Shown here: in pieces, positions 15,308 to 29,227 of the stretch
Numbering within the stretch: position 1 is the first letter of the stretch
Layout of the letters: every line of letters starts with the position of its first letter
Source of the DNA: the human T2T-CHM13v2.0 reference genome, Homo sapiens
Length of the DNA stretch: 64,000 bases
Direction: 5' to 3' (one strand)
Assembly (NCBI RefSeq): GCF_009914755.1
Contig: NC_060925.1
Notes under the pieces: generated by a model
Seen by the model: the letters and a program-made list of their open reading frames with translations, nothing else
The model's database searches: none
What the model was told of the DNA's origin: nothing
Position numbers and translations under genes: made by a program

Positions 15308-15435
15308 ATTTTATTATTTAATTATTTAATAACTAATGTGGTTTAATTAATTAAACTTTAAAGTTTTTAGAAGATAAATAAATAATGGAGATAATTTGGG
15401 TTATGTGAAAGATCATTAAAAATAAAATACATATT

Positions 15436-15754
<319 letters not shown>

Positions 15755-15849
15755 TTAGGTTTATAAAGAAAAAAATTAGACCAAAAAAGTTGTTTTATTT
15801 GAAAAAGGCTTTAAAAATATTTCAGTCTCATTTTATTAATTCTTTAATA

Positions 15850-17140
15850 TTTATTGAGCTCTTCCTAAGTTGTTCCTGTTCTCCTAATGTTTGAAATCCA
15901 GGGAGTGAGGCAAGCTGTTAGGAAAGTGTAGTACAGTGTGATAAGGCATGTGGGTATATGTGATGAGGAGCTTACAGAGTCCTAGGGGAGCAAATAAGAA
16001 GGGCAGCTAATTTAGAACTGGGAGATTAGAGAGACCTCTCCAAAGATATAGTATCTGTGTATAGACATATTAATGTAGGTATAAAGGTATTATGAGACAA
16101 CCAGACAAGGGGTTAGGGGAAGAGTGTTCCAGAGAAAAGGAACATCACATCCCAAGCTCTACGTATGAGAGAGAGAGAACCTAATATTTGAGGAATGTCA
16201 GAATGACGGTGGGTATGCAGTATGGAGAAGGAACTACAGGGTGGCAGGAGAAGAGGCTGAAAGGGAATGCTGGAGGTCTTATAAACCACATTAAGGGATT
16301 TGAAGGCTACTCTTAGCTCAATTGGAAGGTTACCTACAAAAGTAGAAGTATGATATAAGCAGATTTGTACTTTAGGAAAATTGGAAAACAAAGCTGGTGG
16401 CAGGGAGTCCAGTTAGGAAGCTGTTGGCTCAATCAGGCTAAAGATGTTGGTGACCCGGATTAAGGTAGTAGTCATTGAAATGGAGAGAACTGAATGAGTT
16501 TGAGAAATATTTGGGAGATGGTATCAACAGTATTTGGTGATTGAAGAAGAGGTATAACATATTAATTAAGAAAAAGACTGTAGAGCCCAGACATCTGGGT
16601 TCAAGTCCTAAGTCTGTCACTTAGTAGCTTTGTAAATTTGGGTCAGTTATTAAACCTCCCTATGCCTCATTCTCCCCATCTGTAAAATGGGAAGAAAAAC
16701 AGTACTCATTTTATAGGATTATTGTGAGAACTAAAAGAATTAATATATGTACAGAATTTAGAACAGGTGCCAGGTACATAGTAAGTATCATATAAGTGTT
16801 CTATAATAGTTATTGTTGCAATTGTTAATATTATTATTACTGATTTGATATGTCAGTGAGGGGGAGAAAAAGAGCCAAGGCTAACTCCTAGATTTTTAAA
16901 ATGGCAGTTGAGGTGAATTGTGGCAGATTTTATGTGTGTGGCGGGGGCGGGCAGGGAGGAGGTCTGATGCATTCACATTTGGATTTGCTGAGTTTGAGAG
17001 GCTTTTCCAGTTGGCATCGCTCAATAGGCACATGAATTTGGAAGTAGGGAGAAAGAGTTGAGGATATCAGTTTGAAAATTACTAGAATATAGGTGATAAT
17101 TAAGCTGTGGAAATAGAATGAATTCACCCAAATGAAGAAC
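15850..17140 (-). mobile_element. L2, interrupted by a MIR
   Basis: Antisense L2 tracts such as gagtgttccagagaaaaggaac and gggagtccagttaggaagctg. L2 resumes after 16840. Confidence 0.75.
16555..16840 (+). mobile_element. Near full-length MIR nested in L2
   Basis: ctgggttcaagtcctaagtctgtcacttagtagct...catctgtaaaatggg...caggtacatagtaagt. Confidence 0.9.
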
Positions 17141-17564
17141 TAGTTAAATAGGGAGAAAGGCATATAAAAGATTGTGTTATCTTTAAGAATTTATTATTTA
17201 GGCCAGAAGCCAAAGTATAAAACTTGGTGCCAAATGGAAAGTTTAGAAAACTTTCAGCATTCAATACAACTTCATTTAAATTAGGTTGGTCTTCAGAGGA
17301 TATTGAGGTGAGTAAAATGGGCAGCTAGATGAAAGAAAATCATTCATCTATTGAGGAAACTGCAGAGAAGTCACTTTGCTAACACAGGGAAGATGTTGCT
17401 GATTATTTTCTGTTTTGGATCTGACTTAAGGAAAAAAGATAAAAGATTCATTCTTAATTGGCAGAATAGCAAAGAATGAGTTAAGTCTTTCTATAAATTA
17501 TTTGTCTTAAGTACCTATTGCTAGAATTAGTTAATATTGTATTTACTAAGGAATTCTATATTTT

Positions 17565-18900
17565 TTCAACTATTATGAAAATTTTCAAGCATACAGAAAA
17601 TTAGAAAGAACAGGACAATGAATACCCATATAACCACCACTTAGATTCCATACCCACCTATCTATAAGTATGTGTGTGTATGCGTACATGTCTGTGTTTA
17701 GTGAAACCATTTCAAAGTAAATTGCAAATTTTATGACACTTTAATCCTAAAATATTTAGCATGTATTCCATATTATACCTCACAACACCACTATCACATC
17801 TAAGAAAATTGACAGTAATATCTTAATATTAGCTACTATCCAGTTTATAGTCAAATTTTCCCAGTTATCACAAAAATATTTTTTATGGCTTTTTTTTCCC
17901 TTCCTAAACAGGATCCAACTGAAGTTGACATATTGCCTTTAGGTGTTATACCTCTTTAGTCTCTTTTGTTTGAAAATCTTCACCTCCCCCAACCTTTTTT
18001 TTTTTTTTTTGAAAGGAGGAGACTTTTTAAGAGAGCAGAATGTTCTAAATTCTAAATTTGTCTGATTGCTTCTTCATGGTATCATTTGTCTTGTTCATCT
18101 ATCCTTTGTAATTCCTATAAACTGGAATGTAAACCAAGTTGATTCTATTCAGATTAAATGTTTTGGCAAAAATACTTCATAGATGACACTGTAAACTTCA
18201 TATTGTATTGCATCAAATGGCTATCAGATTAGCAATAATAAGTTTGATCTTTTCTGTGTAATAAAATACTTTTCTCCTTTGAGATTAGCAGGAAATCGGT
18301 GGGAATAATTTCATACTAAATGGCTTAGCATTTATTGATGACTGAATCAGTTATTTCATCGGGAGTTGCTAATTCTATCGTTCCTTGTACATTGTTAGCT
18401 GGCATTCTTAGGTAAATAAGAATTTTGCACCTGGAAATGAACAACATAATTACTTATTTGCTTTATCCTACAGTACACAAAAATAGGTTTAAAATGACAA
18501 AACCCAGTGTTAATACTATAAGCATAATGTGAGGTTCAATATTTTTAATAGTTTTTATTGTCCTTAGAATATATGCCAATAAGAATGTAAGTCAGAATAC
18601 TATGTTCAAAAGTGACTTGAAATATTTTTTGTTCTCATGTGGTTATGTTACTGATTTGACAAGCAATTAAGTTCATTTGTTTCTACTTGTTTTCGGTCAA
18701 AGTTTGCTTATTTAGATCTTATATTTAGTTTTATTCTCTTGAATTTATAAAACTTTTGTTGGTTCAGAAGTCACACTATATTATAAAGTATAGTTGGAGA
18801 AGTTTGGCTTTTATTTTGTACATCTACCCTCTACCTCTGTCCTTTTACCACCCTGTCATAGGTAAACATTTTTATTCATTTCTAGTTTAGCCTCCTAGTG
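17565..18900 (-). mobile_element. Old L1ME/MC 3' region
   Basis: tattatgaaaattttcaagcatacagaaaa...tttcaaagtaaattgc is typical antisense L1ME 3'UTR. Confidence 0.65.
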
Positions 18901-18932
18901 TGTTTCTATGTGTTGTGATATAACTGTGTAAC

Positions 18933-19294
18933 TGTCCTTGTTAATTAGCGTTGCTATAATGAAAATTCCATAAACTGAGTGGTTCAAACAACAAACATTT
19001 ATTTCTCACAGTTCTGGAGGCTGGGAAGTACTAGGTTGAAGGTGCCAGCAGATTTGATGCCTGATGAGGGCTCAATTCCTAGTTCAAAGATGTCCATCTT
19101 TTTGCTGTGTCCTTATGAGGCAGAAGGTTAAGGAGCTCTCTGGGTTCTCTTTTATTGGACGCTGTTCCCATTGATGCAGGCTCTGTCCTCATGATCTAAT
19201 CACCTATCAAAGGCCCCACCTCCTCATACCATTACACTGGGGGTTAGGTGTCAGCATATGATTTTGGGGGAACATAAATATTTAGTCTGTGGCA
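18933..19294 (-). mobile_element. MLT1A-type MaLR solo LTR
   Basis: TG...CA ends; tttatttctcacagttctggaggctgggaag and aggccccacctcctcataccattacactgggggttagg. Confidence 0.9.
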
Positions 19295-20046
19295 GTACTA
19301 CAACTCTAACTATCCTTATTTTTTCTTCTATACTGGATGTATCATCTTGTACTCCATAGAGGCATGCCTAGTATATTTGATGCCTAAAGCAGATAACTTT
19401 TTAATATATATCTCTCCTATATGACAAAATTATTTTCAAAAATAACCATGAAATAAAACAAAATATAATAATGGGTAGAAATGAGATATAAACATTATAT
19501 TTTATTTTATTGAATGATGAATATATAATCATGCCAATAAAAATAAATTAAAAATAAAATAAATATTACAGTACAGAAAATGTTTATTAAAATATTTTCA
19601 CCAGAAAATTCATCTTAAGTTTTTCTATTTGTTTTTTTAAAAAACTTCTGAAAGTTTTTCTTTTTCTGGAAAATGCAGAGAAAATGACTGTGTGATAGTG
19701 GGCATTGATGCTATTTGACCCACTAGTTTATAACTGTGCATTCAAATAAACAGTGCCATTTGGTTTCTTCTAGTAATGTAAAAGCAGCATCTTTTGTTGT
19801 TTCCCTTAGCATTCTTCACATTTTTGTTCTTTTCTCAATATAAATGTCCATTTCCTCACATTTTATTTTTGAGTAATGACCATAGCCACAGTTTCTATGT
19901 ACTGTTCTTTAAATAACAGTTTTAAAGCTTTATGTTTTATTGTCCATTGTTGAAAGTTGATTCCGGCTGTCTGCAAACATTTTTGTGTCTGATTAGCTCA
20001 TCTAAAACTTCCTACCAGAAAGGAAAAAAAAAAAAAAGACAACTTA

Positions 20047-20310
20047 ACGCAGGAACAGAAAACCGAATGTTGTATGTTCTCCTAAGTGGGAGCTAAACAA
20101 GAATACATGGACACAAACGGGAACAACAGACACCAGGGCCTATTTGAGGGTAGAGGGTGGGAGGAGGGAGAGGATTAAAAAAAATACCTGTTGGGCACTA
20201 TGCTTATTACCTGGGTGACCAAATAATTTGTACACCAAGCCCCCATGACACGCACTTATATAACAATACTGCACATGTACCCAGAAACCTAAAATAAAAG
20301 TTAAAAAAAA
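20047..20310 (+). mobile_element. Short L1PA15/16-like 3' end
   Basis: L1 3'UTR with A tail. TSD AAAAGACAACTTA ends at 20046 and at 20323. Confidence 0.9.
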
Positions 20311-20337
20311 AAAAGACAACTTAGAAAAGAGAAACAA

Positions 20338-20640
20338 GGCCAGGTGCAGCGGCCTTATGCCTGTAATCCCAGCACTTTCGGAGGCTGAGGCAGGAGGATT
20401 GCTTGAGCCCAGGAGTTCAAGACCAGCCTGGGCAACATAGTGAAACCCTATCTCTAAAAAAATACAAAAATAAGCCCTGGTGGTGTGCACCTGTAGTCCC
20501 AGCTACTCGCGAAGCTGAGGTGGGAGGATTGCTTGAGCCTAGGGGGTCGAGGCTGCCGTAAGCTGTGATTGTACTACTGCACTCCAGCCTGGGCAGCAGA
20601 GCAAGCCCGTCTCAAAAAAAGAAAAGGAAAGGAAAGAGAA
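20338..20640 (+). mobile_element. AluJ
   Basis: J-type ggaggattgcttgagccc. TSD aaagagaaaca. Confidence 0.95.
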
Positions 20641-21408
20641 AAAGAGAAACAGCATACACTGATCATTATTTATTTGGAATATATTATTTAAATGCAGAAA
20701 TATATGGTGTCATAGGGGCTAGAGACATAAACTGTACTCAAAGGAAACTTGAATAATTTTGAAACATTACAAAATTAACTTCTGAATAAATGTAACTGAG
20801 TCCATGTGCATCAGAGGCTAAACTGTGAGTTCTCCACTTTCTTTTTTTTTAAGTTAATTTTCATATATAAATCAGTGTTTATTGAGAAATAAGTAATAAA
20901 AATCTGCTAATTTAAAGCTTACATACAGGTTATTAAAACTTAACAGTCACTGGAACAATTATTTAGAATTTAGAACACAAATTCTTTTTCAGGGAGTATT
21001 TTTATCACTGACATTGTTTAGAATTGCTGGCACTTGATGATAAAAAGCAGAATAATTTTTAGTTAGGTTTAATTTTTAAGTTCTCTATGTAGAATGCACC
21101 CCCTTGTTGTGGGCCTCAAGGGTGATCTGCTTCTACCACCCTACCTTTGGTATGCCACTGTATCCACTAGCAAAGTATGAGACTATCTGTTTCTTCCCAA
21201 CCTCACCAACAGAGTGTTGTTGAATGTTTCATCAGTCTGATGGTGAGAAATCATATTGTTTTAATTAGCATTCATCTTATGAGTGAAGGCTTTTATAAGT
21301 TTAAAGGTCGTGCATTTCTTTTTCTATAAAATGCCTAGTCATTTATTTTGCCATTTGTTTTGGTGGTAGTTTTTCCCCGACTCTATGTTTGAACATAAGT
21401 GGTATTGC

Positions 21409-21451
21409 GGGGGGTGGGGGTCAGGGGTGGGGGGCTGGGGCGGGGACAGGG
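21409..21451 (+). other. G-rich tract, potential G-quadruplex
   Basis: GGGGGGTGGGGGTCAGGGGTGGGGGGCTGGGGCGGGGACAGGG: seven G-runs with 1-3 nt loops. Confidence 0.7.
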
Positions 21452-22909
21452 TACCTTTCTCGAAACCTTAGTACTCAACATGATACACAACAGAAATCAC
21501 CATGTCTCCCTTTAAGGTGGCTTATGCATACTGCAGCCACACTAAGGAACTAAAACAACTTCATATGTATGAGCCTAGGAAACTGTTGAAGTAGAGCTTT
21601 TCAAATTGGACTCACAGTTTCATCTGTTTTTATACATTGGAATTTCTTACACAGTTTCTTTTAAGATATAATTCAGTTCTTAAGTCTCTGAATCACTGCT
21701 ATAAAGTGAGAACAAACATCAGTGGTTCTTTTAAATTTTATAATATACCATAATACAATAAGAGCTACATAATTAGAAATTAGTAATTTAACCAATAAAA
21801 TCAGTTAAATTGGTTTCTTCACTGAATTGAGTTAGGCAATTTAATTAAAATAATTATCACATAAATATAGCCCTACTGCTTAAAGACTATTTATACTTTG
21901 CTAAGAAAGAAAAATTGTATATTCATTTTATAGAGTCAAATATGAATGTTTGTATTGCAGTTATTAAACTTTTATATTATATATAAACAGCTTCCCAGAA
22001 ACAGAATTGAACATGAAATTTTATCTCCATGTCTGCAAATTCCCTTTCAGTCAGTATTTATATATATATTATCTTTGTCTTTATAGTGTTACCTGCATGT
22101 TTGTATTGGACCTTTTCTACTTTTTTTTTTAAGTTGTAAAAATGGTAACAACATTTAAGACAAAAGTGTAAAGACAGAGCATAGCCACTCATAATCTTAT
22201 CACTAACAGCTTTTTAATTGTCAGTTGTCTTATTTTTTAATGTCTCTTCTAAATTGTCACATCTGTTTCTTTAAAAATCCTGATCTCTAAGAATAATTTC
22301 TCCTCAGTGGCACTTTTTGCCTACTGGTCCCTCTTTTAAATACGATAGTATTCTTCAATAGCAACAAAAGTGTATTTGGTTTTAATTTTGAATTTAAAAT
22401 TTAACAAAGTATCTCGTGTTTACTGAGGTTAAGGTACTTGTGAATTATTTATTAGAGAGCTTGGAAATGTTAATTTTAAGTGTATGTATTGTAAATCTGT
22501 CTCATCATGTCAAAAACAAGGTAATAGAATCATGTAATATATGAAGATGTATGTTATTAAAGAGCTACAAAGAATTGATGTTAGTGCTTACTTGAACTTA
22601 CAACAGACTTTTTCCAACTGAATTGAGATTAATTTACATCTCTCTAGAAAGCAGTAACTTCTGACATCCATTCATTTTGACCATGAAAAATAAGGTGGTG
22701 TGTGGATTGTACCTCTCCCCTGTATCTATTGGTCTCGTTACCTGTGTGCCTTGTTTTTTCTCATGTGACACCTGTTTATTTTTTCATCACAGTAGCTAAA
22801 TAACGTAGTATTAGTATTTGCCTACAGCAGCTCTAAGTTATATGGTTTTCTTTTAGCTTTAGTCATAGACCTCCGGATTACTTGTTTCGTGTCTCTCTGA
22901 AGAAAAAAA

Positions 22910-23310
22910 TAAAAGAAAATGTGGTACATATACACCATGGAATACTATGCAGCCATAAAATGAACAAAATCATGTCCTTTGCAGCAACTTCAGTGCAGCT
23001 GTAGGCCATTACATTAAATCAATTAACACAACAACAGATAACCAAATCCACATGTTTTCATTTATAAATGGTAGCTAAACATTGAGTACACATGGATAGA
23101 AAGAGGAGAGCAATAGACCCTGGGGTCTCCTTCAGGGTGGAGGGTGGGAGGAGAGTGAGAGTCAAAAAACTACTTATTGGGTAGTATGCTCACTGTCTGG
23201 GTGACAAGATCATTTGTATACCATACTCCAGTGTCACTCAATTTACCCATGTAACAAACCTGCACGTGTATCCCCCGAACCTAAAGTAAAAGTTGAAAAA
23301 TAAAGATAAA
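22910..23310 (+). mobile_element. L1PA16/L1PB-like 3' end
   Basis: gaaaatgtggtacatatacaccatggaatactatgcagccataaaa...gtaacaaacctgcacgtgtatcccccgaacctaaagtaaaagtt. Confidence 0.9.
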
Positions 23311-23899
23311 AAGATAGATGAAATTTAGCTATATATCTATTAATTTAAAACCACCATTACCACCACAACTCAGAAAGACCTTGTTGCCAAGCGAACGGAA
23401 TACAGATAACACACCGTGTCTTTCATCACAGAGTTTTCATCTTAATCTCCCTTGATTTGGACTGTTTAAATATCTTTTCTTTTTCTTTTTTTTTTTTTTT
23501 GGAATCAGATTCCCCGTCCCCATAGCTAAAGAATTTAAATTTGTCTTTATGATGCTGTTGTTTTTACCTTTTTCTTGGGACACGGTGAATATTAATATTC
23601 TCATTTCAATGTAATTTCTTTTTAATTTTTGAGTTTTCTTCAACTGTGCTTCTTGTTTATTAAACATTTAGTTCATTCTCTTTTCTCCTGCAGGGACACC
23701 TATAATTTGAAGTTTGAATCACAGCACTTCCCCTGCACATCTGTGAGCATTCATTCACTTCACGTCTCAGCTAATTTCTTATGTTTAGTATGTTTCTTGA
23801 CTCTGCCTCCTATTTCACCAATACAATTTTCTGCTGCGCTGATTCTTCTAATGCTGCTTCTACTGCCAGTATTAATTGGTTTGTGGCTAAATTTATCCT

Positions 23900-24430
23900 G
23901 TGCTGCTGTTAGTGCCCTCCAACTGTTCTGCTTTTCCCATAGTCCACATTGTTGCCAGAATGATCCATCTAAAATACAAGTCTGGCTATGTCATGCATCC
24001 TGGTAAAATATTTAGTGACTTCACCACAGAGTAATGCTCTAATCCTTTAAGGTCATGAGTTAGATCCTTCTTTCATCTGAGCCTCCCGCCTATCACTCTA
24101 GTCATATAATCCCTTGCGGCCTTGCCTTTCCTTCCATGCCATTCAGCATGCCCTTTCTCCTGCCTGGAATGCCCACTGTGCTCCCTCTATCTATCCTCTC
24201 CATTCATTCTTCCAGTCTATGTTGCCTGGCTTCCCCTACCAGTCACAATTATTTTCTCTTGGGTACATACTCCTATGTACCTTGTACATGCTTCTTAACT
24301 GGCTTTTGTAGTTATTTGTTTAGACTGGTTTATGATACTATAACACTGGGGTGACCATTATGACACCAAAGACAGGTATTACTTTGTGATTTTTATATCC
24401 CCCATGCCTAGCATAGTGCTTGGTATTTTG
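23900..24430 (+). mobile_element. L2 fragment
   Basis: gccagaatgatccatctaaaatacaagtctg; cctgcctggaatgccc; tatcccccatgcctagcatagtgcttgg. Confidence 0.7.
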
Positions 24431-25469
24431 TTTTATTACCCTTCTGTCCTCTTCGTTTTATTTATTTTAAGGGAGAAAGTAATGATCACCTCTATCATGT
24501 GATTTTTTTTTCTTTTTTATGGGAAGTATTTTTATTGGAATCAGACTGTTTAATTGTTTTTCTCCTGTCCATGTTTTCTTGTACATAATTTACTAATCCC
24601 TAAGATGTGGTCTTAACAGTAAATTGCCTTAAATCACCATATGGTATTCAGTCACTGGGTCAGGGTAGAGGAACCAGTTCTGTAAGTGGCCTGCAAAAGG
24701 CCCAGTTAGTATTCATTTCAGTAACCAAATTACAGGCTTAAGTCAACCAGGACTGACTTCTCTAGCTTAATTGTTTGGTCTGAAGCCTGGGATGGTGCTC
24801 AGCTTTCACATGTGTTCCTAGTTATGCAGCTCTGAAATTTGAAAGCAAGCTGTACTCGGCCAGGGTGGTCTTATTCTCTTGTTTTTATTGTTTGCCTCAA
24901 AGATTATATTTGCTCTAATTCTTAAGCACTTAAAAGAATAGGGGAAAAAACAGAAGCTTTATAGATTTCTAAAAAATGGTATACTTTTGTTGTTCGCTTA
25001 AAAAAAAAACCTCTCAGTAGAAAGTTATGAAGAGGAGGATAAAAATTCTTCATTGTCTTGCCACTGAGAAATAAGCACATTTTAGAATATGTTTTGCATA
25101 CACATATAAGAAACGTGTACCAATTTTGTAAATATTGTATACTAAATGCTATTCTGCACCTTCCTCTTTTTTTTAACTCAATATATTTAAACATTATAAA
25201 TCAGTAGTTGAAGACACGTTTCATTATTAATGATGTACTCATCAGTTCCCTATAGTTGGACACATTTTTTTACATTTGTATTTGAATATTACCTTAGTAG
25301 ATCTTTTTCTAAGAGGATATGCAAGTATATGTTAATAGATATTGCCATAATGCCTTTCAGAAACGTTGTGCAACTGTATGCCCTCATTAATAGTGCATGA
25401 AAATACTTATTACCGCACATCTCTTTCAAAGCTAGATTATTGTCAGTTACTCTCTGTGAGGTAAAGTCT

Positions 25470-25760
25470 TCCAATTTCCAGCCCTAAATTCAGAGCTCTT
25501 CTCTGAATTCCACATAGTTATATCCAACAACCTACTTGATATTTCTACAAGGTGTCCGTCTCACCAACATATCAAAACAACATGCCCCAATCCAACCTGA
25601 TTTCCTGCCTCAATTCTGAAACCTGTTCTTCTCCTTTCTATTTTTCTTTAAATAGAACTTAAATTTACCTGGTTTCTCAAATGAGAAACCTGGAGTCATT
25701 ATTATTTTTTGTCTCTGCCTCTCTCCCTGAATCTTCCTGTCAAATGTACCACCAACTATT
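25470..25760 (+). mobile_element. L2 fragment
   Basis: tccaacaacctacttgatatttctac; gaaacctggagtcatt. Confidence 0.6.
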
Positions 25761-26549
25761 ATGGCTTCTACCCACAATCCCATGTATAGCCAAATACAAG
25801 AAGAGCCTGTTCTTAAGCTGTCCACAATTACTAGAAGACATGTGTTTTTTTTTTTTTAAAAAAAATTTGATTAGACAGTATGAATCTAACTGTTAGGGAT
25901 ATAATCAAATTTCTACTTCTAATATTTAATTTAATTATACATGTATTTAAACTCACAATTTAGAGATACAGGGTTTGCCACTGTGTCATACAAAAATTTT
26001 GTTGGTGCTTTTTCAACACTGGAATGAGTCATCTAATACAGTTTTCCAGATCATCTCCTCCTCCCTTCCATCTAAGTTGTTTGAGATAATGTATTTTTTG
26101 AATCTGTGTATAATGCTGTCTCAGTTCCAAGTACAATTAGGGCAGAATTTTTCCCCCTACTTTTTCTGTTGGCATATATTCATGATCCTGTTACCTAAGC
26201 ATGGACTGAATTGCTTTTTTCAAATGATCACTGAAATATTGCTTGATGGTGACATCTAACACACACAGCAGGGAGGTAATACGTCATGGAATAATTACTA
26301 AATCTTCTTACTTTGCTTACTTTTTTCTTTTTTTTTTTACCAGTTGTGTCAAATTATCTCTTGAAGCAATTGTTGTTGGTTCCAGCTAACATGACTGTTC
26401 CAGAGAGTACTTTGTGATTTTTCAGAACAAAATAATTTGTATGTCAGTCTGTAATCTGAAATATTCTAAGGTTCAAATATAAGATGATTTCCTCTTCTAA
26501 GGATAGTTTTTGATATTGAAAAACTCTTCATATATATGGGTTTGTACAG

Positions 26550-26750
26550 TGAATCTCAAATCCATCTCCTTTTCTCCTTCACTACCACTGTAAATCAAAA
26601 TCATCTCTTACCTGGACAGTGGCCCTCACTGTTTAATTGCAGGCCCCATAGCTATTCTTGCCCCCCTGTACATTCTCCACACAAAGTTACTTTTTTAATA
26701 TGCCAGTCTAATTTTCTTACTTCTTTACATAAAGCCCATTAGTGCTATTT
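26550..26750 (+). mobile_element. L2 fragment
   Basis: tctcaaatccatctccttttctcc; catctcttacctggac; cattctccacacaaag. Confidence 0.55.
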
Positions 26751-28811
26751 CTTGACTACCTTTTCAGTTTACCTTGGTACAACTTGGCTCTTACCATTAG
26801 CACATGAAGTCTTCAGCTTGATATAGATAGCAGATAGCCTCTATTTAGCTATTAAAATGCCTGCATTGGTAGTAGTGGGTAAGGAGGGAGCTAGAGCCGA
26901 GGGAACATTTTGGTAGCTTTATCTCCGTTTCTCTATGAATTTTTGTCTTTTGCTCCTAGGCATTGGGAATTTTTGCTTTCCCTGTTGGGAGCAGGCATGG
27001 TGGCTTCATTTGGCTCCCTCTGCTTCAGGGTGAACTCATGGTGAATTAGAAGGTACTCTGCCACAGCTCATACACTTTTTGTCATGTACTATTCCACTCT
27101 CAAGTTACTGTCGTCTGCAGCTTTGAAGTAGGTTTGCCTACTGACATCACACCTCCCAGTTAAGAACCTTGTACAGAAGAAAAATGGCCAATGAGTTTGG
27201 CCAGTGAGTTCCACCTTCAGTCCTGCCGTGCTTTCTGATAGCTCACGTAAACTGGGGATGTCAGTGGAGGCCTTCCGGATATTTTCTATTCAGAGTTTGC
27301 AAAACGTGCTGTCCTTATGAGCTAGAGAGTTGCTTGTCAGCTTTTGGCATTCCCTCAGTGTAGTCCAAATTGTTTTGTATTTTCTGGAGTTGATAACGTT
27401 TTTAAGAGATAATAAATTTTTTCTTTCATTTTTGATTATTTTTTCTCATTTTCTGTGTTGAAAAGAGGGATTTTTGTAAAAGTGACTTATATTGTCATGT
27501 TGCCTAGAAGACTCTTCCAGTTCTTGAACAGACATTTTACATTTTGAAGGATCATTTTAAAAAATATTTTAAATGTGTTATTGATTAAAGAGAGATTAGA
27601 AATGGAAATTGGAAATACTTAAATTATTTTGTTTGTTGAATGTATGTTGACTCTCTCTGGACTCAGATTACTTTTGATGTATAATAGAATTTTGGGGATC
27701 TTTAACCATTTACTGCAGAAAAGTTCTGAGGGTCAGTATATATTTTTAAAAGCTATCAGAGAAAAGAAAACTATTAAATTGTTCCTTTCATATTGGTTAA
27801 TTATATCAGCCTACTGCCTGAATCCAGAGGTTGAAATTGTTTACAATAATGAAGTCTCTTAAAACACACTATGAATTCTCTAATTATCATCTTTTTTGGG
27901 TCAATATTCCCTTTCAGCTGTCTCTTTATTAGCTGTTGTAATGAAATATCAGTAACAGATCTTCCACCTCAAGTCTTGGACATTCTGTTGAAGTGCATAA
28001 CTTTGATTTGTAAAGACTACTAAACCCAGTTATTATGTTTTCAGTGAAAATGACAGTGCACAATAGATGGTTTTGTACGCTCCTGTCAAAAGGATGAAGC
28101 ATATAATATGACTCAGTTATTGGTGTGCCAGCCAGGCATTGGTTATCTGGCATTACGACAGGTTTGCTAATGATTCCTGATGTGAGCGTCACAAAGAAAA
28201 AATTGTAAATAGCCTCAGGATAACACTTCTAAAATGCTGGGTTTTTTTTAAGTACTAAATGTTCATAATCCCATAAAAAGTTTAGAAAAGAAAAGGACCC
28301 AATTTTGATTATTTACTTTTTCACTTTTTCTACTCTGTTCTGCTAGGAAGGTCCCATCTTACTTTGCCCTTCCTGATATATGACCTTTTAAGGGGAGGTT
28401 GTGGTGATTTTGTTGTGTCTTGTCTAGAATGATGATTTCCATCTTATTTTTCAAACATAGGTTTTAGTTCTTTAGTTTATCCGTTGACTGAGAGTTTCAG
28501 TTAAAAGAGAAATGATTGCAATTTATCCTAGGAATGGTGAAAATAATATTTATTTTGAAGACAGCTGACCAAAGAAAAGCCTACACAAATAGTCTCAGCT
28601 TTCATGTAGAACTTGGAAGTTTTTTGTCATAATGGTCCACTATGTTAGGCCTCCTTTTCCATTAATGACATTTAAAGGGCACAATTTTTCACAATTTGGT
28701 TTCCAGTTTGTAAAACTTTTTTTTTCATTATAGTAACATATTTTCACTGCAGAAAATTTGAAAAACAAAAGCTATGAAGAAAAATGTTTTTAAAGAAAAA
28801 AGTTTATTTAA

Positions 28812-29174
<363 letters not shown>

Positions 29175-29227
29175 TTAAGTATTGTTAAGTATTTAAGAAT
29201 GAGTTTGTTTTATGTGTGTCGCTTACA

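Larger units (their letters stand above)
19300..21160 (-). mobile_element. Arthur1-like hAT-Tip100 DNA transposon remnant, interrupted by an L1 3' end and an Alu
   Basis: The reverse strand begins CAGTGGCATACCAAAGG...aagggggtgcatt...gcaattctaaacaatgtcagtgataaaaatactcc, like the Arthur1 5' end. The left boundary is uncertain. Confidence 0.6.

Noticed and set aside
23629-24006. 125-aa hydrophobic ORF that resembles a membrane protein
   Set aside because: It has a non-ATG start, reflects T-rich composition and runs into L2. The acceptor-like site at about 23693 has no convincing donor.
26040-26445. Possible cryptic exons (acceptors at about 26049 and 26343, donor at about 26275)
   Set aside because: Donors are weak, no peptide is recognisable, and such motifs are common in T-rich introns.
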